Virus record (IMG/VR): IMGVR_UViG_3300032030_002018
Source: a virus
Lineage: Duplodnaviria; Caudoviricetes
DNA: 64,000 bases
Direction: 5' to 3' (one strand)
The first letter of the stretch is position 1. Every line of letters starts with the position of its first letter. This document shows, piece by piece, positions 49,963 to 59,100 of this stretch. The position numbers and the translations under genes were made by a program. Under the pieces are notes generated by a model. That model searched no databases and had not been told where the DNA came from. It saw nothing but the letters and a program-made list of their open reading frames with translations.

Positions 49963-50762
49963 AATGTCTCTATCTTTTCCGTTGAATTGTTTTTAGTGTC
50001 ATATACGTGAGATGTAAATTGATATTTCTCAAATCCGTTGTCTGTCAGTATTTTGTATCTGTCACAATCATATCCGCTTATCAAAATCTTCGCCTTGCTG
50101 TTTATTACAGCATCAAGAAACTCATCCTGTTTGTCACCATCCATATCAACAGCGTATCTTGTACTGGTTCTTGTACTCCAATCATAAGGCGGGTCGCAAT
50201 AGAAAAACACTTTCTCATCATCATATTTCTTTATCAACTCAACAGCATCACGGTTCAATACAATCGTCTTTGACAACCTGTCGTGAAGTTCTGGTAACCT
50301 TTCAACTGCTGAAAGAAAATCTGACACACTCTTTGACATACCCCTTCTAACAGAATATCCATTTATAGAAATACCGCCTATAGAATTACGGCTAGTTCTG
50401 TTCACATAGAAATACATAAAAGCACGGTCAACAATAGATATACTGTCATCATCTTTCCTTAATACATTTATATATTCTTTCCTTAAGTCCTCACTATAAT
50501 AAGTCAATTCACATTTTTTTCTGAATTCATCAAATAACTCACTATCATTCAATACTTTATAAAAAGAATACACATTTTTGTACAAATCATTGTATATTTC
50601 TATTTCTGGTATATATTCCATACCAAGACCTACGCCATAAGAACCCCCGAATGGTTCAATATATGTTGTATAACTACCTTTGTCAGGAAATAGTTCATAT
50701 ATCTTGTTTCTCATCACATTCTTGCCTCCGAAATATTTAATAGGTGCTAATAGTTTTCTCAT
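49911..50762 (-). CDS. D12-class DNA adenine methyltransferase
   Basis: YFGGK, EPFGG, YND, DPPY, SGY, ETLWRNY. Confidence 0.93.
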   Translation of the reverse strand: MRKLLAPIKYFGGKNVMRNKIYELFPDKGSYTTYIEPFGGSYGVGLGMEYIPEIEIYNDLYKNVYSFYKVLNDSELFDEFRKKCELTYYSEDLRKEYINVLRKDDDSISIVDRAFMYFYVNRTSRNSIGGISINGYSVRRGMSKSVSDFLSAVERLPELHDRLSKTIVLNRDAVELIKKYDDEKVFFYCDPPYDWSTRTSTRYAVDMDGDKQDEFLDAVINSKAKILISGYDCDRYKILTDNGFEKYQFTSHVYDTKNNSTEKIETLWRNYKKEQQLELNLNF

Positions 50763-51112
50763 TCCCTACCCTCTATATTGTTTTGTATTGTGTCAATTAG
50801 ATATACAGATGAAGCTGTTGCTACCATATCCAACATTGTTATGTACACAACATTAAGTTCCCCTCCATACAACATATGAAAAGGTGTTACATTTGTTCCG
50901 AAAATATTGTCAATAATTGATAATCCAAAACCAACCCAGGTTGGCGTGCAGAACATACAGGAAAGCATTTCCTCAAAATGCGGATGTATCTTCGGCGCAT
51001 ATTTCCTTATTTTCTCAAATATATGGAATGGACCGTTGGAATACACAAGCATAAATGAAATTCCATACGCGACAAGTATATATACAATAAGCCTAACCCA
51101 CATTGTCAACAA
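50759..51112 (-). CDS. DUF1360-like membrane protein
   Basis: GPFHIFEKIR...LSCMFCTPTWVG. Confidence 0.75.
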   Translation of the reverse strand: MLTMWVRLIVYILVAYGISFMLVYSNGPFHIFEKIRKYAPKIHPHFEEMLSCMFCTPTWVGFGLSIIDNIFGTNVTPFHMLYGGELNVVYITMLDMVATASSVYLIDTIQNNIEGRE

Positions 51113-51527
51113 CCTCTACTGTATTATTTACTTCAACAGATTTCTTCTTCCTTGGTTTCTTTGCTTTCTTCTTTGGCTCATCAATAACGAATTGAAGATT
51201 GTATAAACTTTCAATCGGTGTGGTTGAGAACAACTCCTTCAATTCCTCAATCTTAACCTTCAGAAGCTCTATTTTCAAAGCAACATTCTTGTTTGTTGAA
51301 ATCGTGTCGTTAATCAAATCAAACACTTCTTCAAGTGTGACACCCTGTTCTGAATCACCATAGTAGAATATAAAACCATCATCAGACTTCGCAGGCTTAA
51401 CCATACCATTATCAGAAGGATACACTTTCCACCCCTGTGGGAACTTAACCTTTACAATCAAAGCCTTTCCATAATATTCAATTGACTGAAAATACTCTGA
51501 TATCTTTAAAATCTCATCCTGTAACAT
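51093..51527 (-). CDS. Hypothetical protein
   Basis: 144 aa ORF. Confidence 0.7.
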   Translation of the reverse strand: MLQDEILKISEYFQSIEYYGKALIVKVKFPQGWKVYPSDNGMVKPAKSDDGFIFYYGDSEQGVTLEEVFDLINDTISTNKNVALKIELLKVKIEELKELFSTTPIESLYNLQFVIDEPKKKAKKPRKKKSVEVNNTVEVVDNVG

Positions 51528-51535
51528 AGTGTGAT

Positions 51536-51721
51536 TTAAATAATTAAAACAGTTATAATATATGATATGGCAAGACCAATTGACAATGTTGTCAATAAAC
51601 TTGTATCTACCTTACCCTCACGCAACCTTATCACCTTAATAAAGTTAAACAACCTGTTCAATAAGAACAATATACAGAAAATGAAAACAAAAGTTTTCAA
51701 ACCAATTAAAAACGTAAACAT
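51536..51721 (-). CDS. Small two-TM protein
   Basis: 61 aa, hydrophobic. Confidence 0.6.
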   Translation of the reverse strand: MFTFLIGLKTFVFIFCILFLLNRLFNFIKVIRLREGKVDTSLLTTLSIGLAISYIITVLII

Positions 51722-51790
51722 TTTTATTAAAAAATAGTGTTAAAATGTTTTAAATAAAGAATTAACAAAGGTTCAAAAAAATAATCTAAT

Positions 51791-51820
51791 AAAAAAACCA
51801 CAAATTTCAATTTGTGGTTT
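51791..51820 (-). terminator. Terminator
   Basis: AAAAAAACCACAAATT...AATTTGTGGTTT. Confidence 0.7.
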
Positions 51821-51825
51821 GTTCA

Positions 51826-52218
51826 CTACTGTTGCATTTTGTACTTGTTGTATTCGTCTTCAAGTTCTTTGATACTCATACAGGGTTTTGTAATTATTTC
51901 ACCTGTATCGTAGTTTTTGAGTACCATCACAGAACCGTCTCCATTCGGATAATATATACCGATATTATTGTTTCTCCCTAATTTATCATTGCGATATTTC
52001 AAAAATCTCTCACCTTGCAAGTATTTCTTACCGTGCGGTGAATCAAAAGGTATTTCATTTGATGGTTCATATTTTCCAAAACCTTCTCTACCAATACTAT
52101 AAGCCTTATTCGCAGCTCTGTCAGCCAAGTCTGCCGATATTTCATTCAATACTCTATTTACAGATTTATTCACAATCCTGTGCAAGTCACTCTCTGTTAA
52201 TCTAATTCTCGTTTTCAT
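51826..52218 (-). CDS. Leader-family protein
   Basis: MKTRIRLTESDLHRIVNKSVNRVLNE; ATATTTAT at 52243-52250. Confidence 0.78.
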   Translation of the reverse strand: MKTRIRLTESDLHRIVNKSVNRVLNEISADLADRAANKAYSIGREGFGKYEPSNEIPFDSPHGKKYLQGERFLKYRNDKLGRNNNIGIYYPNGDGSVMVLKNYDTGEIITKPCMSIKELEDEYNKYKMQQ

Positions 52219-52310
52219 ATTATATTTTCTTATTTTTTCTTTATAAATATCACGATATTTTTGCTTTTGTCAAAATATTTGTGTATATTTGTTAAAAAAA
52301 TAATTATGCT

Positions 52311-52919
52311 ATGTGTGTTCTTGGGTATATATACAGTAATAAGAATATAAAGGGTATAAACAAATATATATCGTTAATAAACGACATATCTGATTATAAT
52401 GGCGATAAGCCGTTATTGATAATAGGCTTGGAGAATGCAAGAAAATATTCTGCAAAATTCTCAATATTGAACAAAAGAATAAGTCAAAATGTATTTTGGA
52501 CATTCGATAAAAGCGAGAACCGGGAAGATTATGATAACGACATAAATAAATTTCACAAATTTGTCATATCCAACATATCAAGCCAAATTAAATATTATTA
52601 TGTTAATTTCATTGGTATAAGTTTGAAGAGGATAAAGCATTTCATTAATATGATGAATGACAATACGATGAAATACGCGTATATCAATAACAGTATGGCT
52701 TATATAATGTATGGTAGTGATGTGTTTGGGATATCATTTGATATATTGGATTATTGTGGGATATCAAGGGATAAAATAATAGATAAAATCATAAAGAACA
52801 AAAAGATAAGGATACAGTTTGAAAACAAGGAAATAAGGGATAAAATCAAATATGAATATAATGGAAATAATAAAATAATACCATATTTAATATCGCAAAT
52901 AAATGAATACAGAAATTGA
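52311..52919 (+). CDS. Hypothetical protein
   Basis: 202 aa; TTTG-N20-TATATTTG upstream. Confidence 0.65.
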   Translation: MCVLGYIYSNKNIKGINKYISLINDISDYNGDKPLLIIGLENARKYSAKFSILNKRISQNVFWTFDKSENREDYDNDINKFHKFVISNISSQIKYYYVNFIGISLKRIKHFINMMNDNTMKYAYINNSMAYIMYGSDVFGISFDILDYCGISRDKIIDKIIKNKKIRIQFENKEIRDKIKYEYNGNNKIIPYLISQINEYRN

Positions 52920-53199
52920 AATACTGATAAGAAGGCTATTAAAATCTTTGGTGAAAAATATAAAATCAAAATATCCATACGTTGAAACAAACGAAGAAGA
53001 TATAACGTTTTTTTTAGAAAGGACAAGAAGGAATTATTCAGTTACAATGGATTGTCACGATTTTTTCAATACATTTTTCTGTCCAATAAAAGATATTGAA
53101 TTTATTGAAAGTTTCTCAGGAAATCCATTTTTAAAGATGATTCTAAAATTGTTGGCTGTTGACAACCCAAAAAAAATAGAAGATTTAGGATTGTATTAA
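52903..53199 (+). CDS. Hypothetical protein
   Basis: 98 aa ORF. Confidence 0.6.
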   Translation: MNTEIEILIRRLLKSLVKNIKSKYPYVETNEEDITFFLERTRRNYSVTMDCHDFFNTFFCPIKDIEFIESFSGNPFLKMILKLLAVDNPKKIEDLGLY

Positions 53200-53206
53200 T
53201 ACAACA

Positions 53207-53240
53207 AATGAGGAGCCGATTTGACTCCTCATTCTCTTTT
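53207..53240 (+). terminator. Terminator
   Basis: AATGAGGAG...CTCCTCATT followed by CTCTTTT. Confidence 0.7.
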
Positions 53241-54002
53241 TCACCTTTCAAGGTTAAGATGTTCGGTAAGTTTGTATTTTTCAGAAGGATTGTAATTCAT
53301 AAGTGACTTAACCCTGTCAAGTTGTTCGTTTATTACCTTTGAACCTAATCTCTTCTGTATGTCTGGTTTTTCTAAATCGTGCCATTCAACAAAATACTTT
53401 GTCTTATCAGCATCCTCCATTATAAACCTACACCCTTCGTACTTATACATATCTGGTACCTTGGAAAGCATATGGTTTTCAGACAGGAATTTCAAATGCT
53501 TGAACCTTATTCTGTCAATGTTTCTTGATTCTCCGTACATAGTCTTCTTTCCATAAGACTTCTTGTCATAATGCTGCGATACAAGACCTTGGAATTGCAT
53601 ATCCTTCTTTATCTTATTTGAATCAACAGCGTGCTTCTTGAAATAAGGTGAAATACCGAAATCAGCGTTTCCAAACTCATCGTTTTTGTGGTTTTTCTTT
53701 GCCAATGCAGATGTCCACCCTTCTGCTTGCGCTTGAAGACGCTCAGTGTCTGGGTCATTGTCATAACGTATGTCAGACATACCCTGATTCTCTTCTGGTG
53801 TTACAGGACCAGTTTTCTTGTCGTCACCATCCTTAATTCCTTTGTAAACGGACTTGACTTCTTTCTCAATATCAGAATAAGCCTTGCCGTTTATATCCTT
53901 GTTCTTTTCGTTGCCAACAACTGGTTTGAATTCATTCTTCTCGTTAATGAATCTCCTTAATTCTCCAACCTTGAAAGTTCTTTCCATTGTAATTATTGCC
54001 AT
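53241..54002 (-). CDS. Probable virion-associated protein with xxE sites
   Basis: LRRFINE...YGES...LSEN...VINEQLDRVKSLMNY...LTE. Confidence 0.6.
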   Translation of the reverse strand: MAIITMERTFKVGELRRFINEKNEFKPVVGNEKNKDINGKAYSDIEKEVKSVYKGIKDGDDKKTGPVTPEENQGMSDIRYDNDPDTERLQAQAEGWTSALAKKNHKNDEFGNADFGISPYFKKHAVDSNKIKKDMQFQGLVSQHYDKKSYGKKTMYGESRNIDRIRFKHLKFLSENHMLSKVPDMYKYEGCRFIMEDADKTKYFVEWHDLEKPDIQKRLGSKVINEQLDRVKSLMNYNPSEKYKLTEHLNLER

Positions 54003-54176
54003 TTAATATAGTGGATATTGAGATAAGTACAACCCTCTAAGTAATTGTTCAAACCTCAATTTTGTTATTTTATTCTTGTCGATTTTCTCTTTACCAATTT
54101 CTTCTTTGAGCATATTGTCAACCTCAATTACACTTTTGATGTTCTCATTCTGCTCTTGGTTAGCATAATCTATCAT
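54003..54176 (-). CDS. 57-aa hypothetical protein (not in ORF track)
   Basis: MIDYANQEQNENIKSVIEVDNMLKEEIGKEKIDKNKITKLRFEQLLRGLYLSQYPLY; overlaps the upstream stop and abuts the downstream start. Confidence 0.65.
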   Translation of the reverse strand: MIDYANQEQNENIKSVIEVDNMLKEEIGKEKIDKNKITKLRFEQLLRGLYLSQYPLY

Positions 54177-54457
54177 TTCTTTCTCTTGTTAACCTCATCA
54201 GTTCCTTCCTCATCAGCGTGCTTTGTGGTCATATTCTTCCTTCCCATAGCAGGAGCGTAGAAACCACGTGTAATTGGCTTTCCCTTGCTCATAGGAGCAT
54301 CATAGTAAGGATAACTGCCATCATTACCAAGACCACAGGTATTTGTAGCACCTCCGCCACCCATAGCACCTTCTCCTTCTTCTCTAATTATCCTCCTGAC
54401 ACTTTCCATTACCATACGGTGAATGTCACTCTCTGTTAATTTAATTCTTCTTTTCAT
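54173..54457 (-). CDS. Leader-family protein
   Basis: MKRRIKLTESDIHRMVMESVRRIIREE. Confidence 0.78.
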   Translation of the reverse strand: MKRRIKLTESDIHRMVMESVRRIIREEGEGAMGGGGATNTCGLGNDGSYPYYDAPMSKGKPITRGFYAPAMGRKNMTTKHADEEGTDEVNKRKK

Positions 54458-54801
54458 TTGAAATAATCATATAAACGATGCATCTTATCTTCAAAGTTCT
54501 TTGAGCATACGGTGTATTTAAGATGATGAATTGATTTCTTCTTCTTTGATTCAGCATCATATCTCTCATCGAACCCTTCTTTCTTTATGACAATACCCCT
54601 ATCAAGCATCCTGTTAAGTATGTCATTCCTACTTATGCCCCTTCCTTTAAGATAATCTGTTGTATCAGCATTGATAGGATTTGACAAAAGTTCCCTTAGG
54701 AATTTCTTGACCTCTGTTTGGAACTTGAAATAAGTCATCTCATCCTTGGAAGAAGACAGAACACCAATCTTATCCTCAGATATGTATATTCTCCTACCCA
54801 T
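54454..54801 (-). CDS. Hypothetical protein, short leader variant
   Basis: MGRRIYISEDKI. Confidence 0.65.
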   Translation of the reverse strand: MGRRIYISEDKIGVLSSSKDEMTYFKFQTEVKKFLRELLSNPINADTTDYLKGRGISRNDILNRMLDRGIVIKKEGFDERYDAESKKKKSIHHLKYTVCSKNFEDKMHRLYDYFK

Positions 54802-55003
54802 TCTTCAATGTGCTTGACCACATATTATCTTTCTGCCACAGAATCTTAAACAAATCCTTGATAACATCTGTGGTTATAGCCTTAACAGCCTTTTTGAAAT
54901 CACGTGAAGAATACATACTGTCAATCTCACTTGATACAACAGAACGCACATCAGACTTATTCAACTCCTCCCTAATTATACTACGTATTCTCCTATTATT
55001 CAT
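54794..55003 (-). CDS. Hypothetical protein, leader variant
   Basis: MNNRRIRSIIREE; ATATTTAT at 55025-55032. Confidence 0.65.
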   Translation of the reverse strand: MNNRRIRSIIREELNKSDVRSVVSSEIDSMYSSRDFKKAVKAITTDVIKDLFKILWQKDNMWSSTLKNG

Positions 55004-55042
55004 ATATAAAGACTATTTTTTAATATAAATATCACAATTATC

Positions 55043-56137
55043 CTAAAATGTGTAATTTACGACAATTTTTCTTTCTTTATCGTTTTTCAATATAACAGTT
55101 CCAAACTGTGTTTCCTCTTTAGTTTCCGCTATAAGTTGTATTTCACACATATCATTATGTAAATTCACTGAAACTTCATCAGGGTTGTAATAATCCACAC
55201 TATATCCGTATTCATCATTAGTTGTTATATTCCTTGACACTATATCAAGCATATATATAATGCCATCAGTGAATCCTGTTGAACAATCAGTGTATCCGTT
55301 GTCAAAATACCCATATTTACGTCCGTCAATGATACAATAGAACTCATCATATTCAACATCGTCGTATTCCTTTTCCAAAACAACATCAACAGCGTCATAA
55401 TCATTCTCTATTGTTATGACGCATTTATCAGTATTCAAATTAAACAACCCTACATTCAATGTGTCGTTATTAGGTTTTACAACCACTATATTATCCTTTG
55501 TTGAATACCTGAAATCAATAAACCTGTCATTTACAGACGATGTGACCTTAATAGTATATAAGTTCTTTCCACTATGTATTATAGATACAGATAAATATTG
55601 GCTGTTATCTTCCTCTTTCTGCCTTACGTATATCTTCTTGTCTTCCAACTCAGATGAAATTACAAAGTAATAAGAATCATCAGGACTACCAGAAAAATCA
55701 TAGCCAATTGTAAAATTACATTTTGAAACAACCATTATCTTATTATCTCCAATATCAAAAGCCGCGAACTTGTCAATAAAATAATTGGAAATCCTGTATT
55801 CAACATCAGCTGAAACAGATACAATATCAATAGTTCCGTCACCATACAAATCAACACTATCCCTGTCACACATTAATGACTTCTTACTTGATGAACCAAT
55901 ATAAATGACTTTTATACAGTTAGTTAAACCATAATAGAATGTAACGGAACCGGTTGTATATTTCAACAACCCGTCCGTTATCACATCTATTGTATCTGAT
56001 ATCAACTCACCATTTGATTGTGGTTCTCCACAGCCTTTGCTTAATCTGAAATTACCGTTTACGACAGCGTACCATTTAGTGTTTGTTGATATAGATATCA
56101 CACCATTATTATTATATGTAGCGTTAAAATATTCCAT
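55043..56137 (-). CDS. Beta-rich putative structural protein (BACON-like N-terminus)
   Basis: ISISTNTKW...; coupled to the 2235 aa gene. Confidence 0.6.
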   Translation of the reverse strand: MEYFNATYNNNGVISISTNTKWYAVVNGNFRLSKGCGEPQSNGELISDTIDVITDGLLKYTTGSVTFYYGLTNCIKVIYIGSSSKKSLMCDRDSVDLYGDGTIDIVSVSADVEYRISNYFIDKFAAFDIGDNKIMVVSKCNFTIGYDFSGSPDDSYYFVISSELEDKKIYVRQKEEDNSQYLSVSIIHSGKNLYTIKVTSSVNDRFIDFRYSTKDNIVVVKPNNDTLNVGLFNLNTDKCVITIENDYDAVDVVLEKEYDDVEYDEFYCIIDGRKYGYFDNGYTDCSTGFTDGIIYMLDIVSRNITTNDEYGYSVDYYNPDEVSVNLHNDMCEIQLIAETKEETQFGTVILKNDKERKIVVNYTF

Positions 56138-59100
56138 TAGTAATTGATTTGTAAGAATGGTCTTGCTCTTAAATGCTCAACCCTATCTTTTTTATGTATT
56201 CTACCGTGTTCAAAATCAACTGCCCAACAATGAGATTCATTTTTATCACGCCTCCAGTTTGGAGTTGATGTCCAATATTCACCTCCGTTAACATTAATCT
56301 GTGATTCAACTCCCTTTTCCTTGACTATTTGATTATTAATCAACAGCAAATTATATATAACACATCCCATCTCGCCAACACTCGGTAAGTACCAATCACC
56401 CTTCTTTGTGTTCTTTGTCTTATACTCGTGACAAGCTCGCAATGGATATATTTCATTTGCAAGTATTTCACGGCAAGAATCACCGTTGAATATTCTGTTG
56501 TCTTCTCTGCATTTTGAAGCGATACTTCCATCAATATGAGCAAGACAGTTATCCTCATCGACAATCCAATGATATTTTACCGAACCATTATTCTTGCATT
56601 CTTCATCGTTAAAATCAGAATCAGACCTTTGATAATGCTTTATATACCCATCATTTATCTTACCGTTAGACTTGAATGGAATTGGGGAGTTATTCGCCCC
56701 ACCATTATAGTAAATAGGAATGCCTCCTTCAGAACCTACATATGTCGTCATACCATAAGCTGGTGAACCTTTATGGCCTAAATGAGAACTTCCTTTACTT
56801 TCACGGTTTCCGTCTACTCCTGTACAAGTTTTAATATCACTACCTGTAATAGTTCCTATTACAAGACTGTAATCATATAATCCACCAACCATTGTATGCC
56901 AATCGTGGTCATTGTATCTTGAAGAAGTAAACTTTCCTACCACAGAATTATTATCATACCTTGCATCTTCAAGCGATACAACCCTTGCCTTTGAATCGCT
57001 GCTTATAGCACCCTGTGGTATTACAAGAATACCAACAGCACTCGCATTTGAAGGTGTGTCATCTCCATTTACCCTATCAACGAAGTATTGCGTAACTCCA
57101 TCATTTCCAACATAATATACGTCACCAATATTAGGCTCTACCTGTTCCTGTGTTATGAACAGTTTTATCTCCTTACCAGATTCATCCTGTTTAAATATAA
57201 CATATCCATTCCTTGTTCCCCTCTTGGTGTTCTTGTCAATGAACAATGTATAATATCCATTATCACTTGAAGGTGACGTTATACTTACCTTAATCCAATT
57301 TGCAGAAGTGCTTTTAACTTTGAATGATTGACGTTTGTCACCAAATTTACTTATAATCTTATACTCCTCAGTGCCATTGTTTTTGACTTGTTTTTCAGTC
57401 TTATGATAACTAATGCCGTCAATACTGCACTCGGTTATATTATCCCTAAATGTGAATGTGTAATCAGAAGGAGTCTGCCTTATCTCATACACAAATGAAC
57501 CGACATTGGCAAGACCGTCAAAAGCGGTGAATGTTATAAACCCAGTTCTCTTTGATTTGCTCTCGTTCTCTAAAACAACAATGTTGTATTGAGTTGAAGT
57601 CAAAGATGAAGAAACAACACTCTCATTAATCCAACTTAATCCCTGGTCACTGACAGTTACAGTTAGACCATTTATCACACTTCTCTCAACTCCCAATATT
57701 GAAGATTCATCATTGACTGGTATCGAAGTTGAATTAGCGTTCAATTCATAACTAACAGTAGTTTTCTGACGTATCACATTAATTTGCGCATTACCACCAT
57801 TATCATCAAAATCATATGAATACTCGTCGTCACCGTCAATCCTGAAATCATATGTAACGTCTCCTTCTATACCATCACCGTCAACAGTTGCTGTGATTGC
57901 ATCAGGTGCGTTGTAAGCCATTCTTGTGTATGTTATGACATATTCATTGCCTTCGTATTTATCCACTGTCAGAGTGCCTGTATCGCAATTATATGTATCA
58001 TTGTCAATATCTCCTGATGCTATCAGTGTATCGCCGTCTTTCAATTCAAATGTCCTTAATATGAAGTAATTCGTATTCAATGTGTAAGACACTGTTTCCT
58101 CATCGAACCTCTGTGCGAATTTGACGATATCTGAATTGTCTTCCGATGACACTTTGAATGTTGCGTATTTAAATCCTTGAAGTGTATTAGGACTTATATC
58201 AAACCTTATATCCCAATCATTCGTGCCAAGAATCCTTGATGGTTGATAATAATTCTCAACCATATTTTTATCGTCTTCAAGTACTTCAAGATAAGGTGTC
58301 GGACTAGTTACTGTTTCAATTGTCTCAAACACTATCTCACCGCCATTATGCACAATACCCGTTTCTGCATTGTTTGTCTTATACTGTGTCGTTGTTTTCT
58401 GTGAGTTAACAGTAACTGTAACTGTTCCTCCACTGTAATCAATATCAACGTATCGGTTGCTTCTGATATTAAGGTCTGATGCAGAAGATTCCTCTCCAAC
58501 CTTAACAACATAGCTTGGCTCTGCGTTCTTTTTGTCCATCTTCACCTTGCAAAAACCTTGTTCAATTCTACCCATAACTTTCCAACTGTCATTAATGAAG
58601 AACATAACTGGTTGGTCTTCACAACCTTCATCACCTTTAACGATGAATATGTACTCTTCTTGTCCTGCATATCTATATTCAACCTCGCATATTGCGTCTG
58701 ATGGAATCATCTGTTCAACATAAGGCATTACAATGGAATCAATATATTTTATTTCCTCCAATGAACCCTTGTCATAATGTGTATCAGGATTCTTTATATT
58801 GAACGTTATCTTCATTCTTTTTGTGTTGATTATTTGATTTGTAATGCCATCAACCTCTCTCTCTTCTCCAAACTTATTATAAGGTGGAATTACTTGGAGA
58901 TTGTACTTACTTGAATCATTGACATCAATATGCTCATTCTCATATTCATAATTAATGCCGTCAACACCAATTTTATTTCCGAAATAATGAGTCTTGGTAT
59001 CTTCAACAAGAAAATCATCATAGTTAACATTACATATGTCATCATTTATAATTCCCTTGAAACCAACGTCATATAATTCACTTACATCAATACCATAAGC

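Larger units (their letters stand above)
1751..52291. promoter_or_regulatory. Bacteroidetes housekeeping-sigma -7 elements (TAnnTTTG), dispersed
   Basis: Minus strand: 1751-1758, 5398-5405, 6523-6530, 21626-21633, 23009-23016, 24873-24880, 29316-29323, 36546-36553, 40232-40239. Plus strand: 52284-52291 with TTTG 20 nt upstream. All are correctly oriented just upstream of gene starts. Confidence 0.75.
11104..55032. promoter_or_regulatory. Putative phage late promoter (A/C)TATTTAT, dispersed
   Basis: 11104-11111(-), 13638-13645(-), 13676-13683(+), 18751-18758(+), 24943-24950(+), 36924-36931(+), 38935-38942(-), 43197-43204(+), 47769-47776(+), 52243-52250(-), 55025-55032(-); each 14-30 nt upstream of an ATG. 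Confidence 0.65.
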
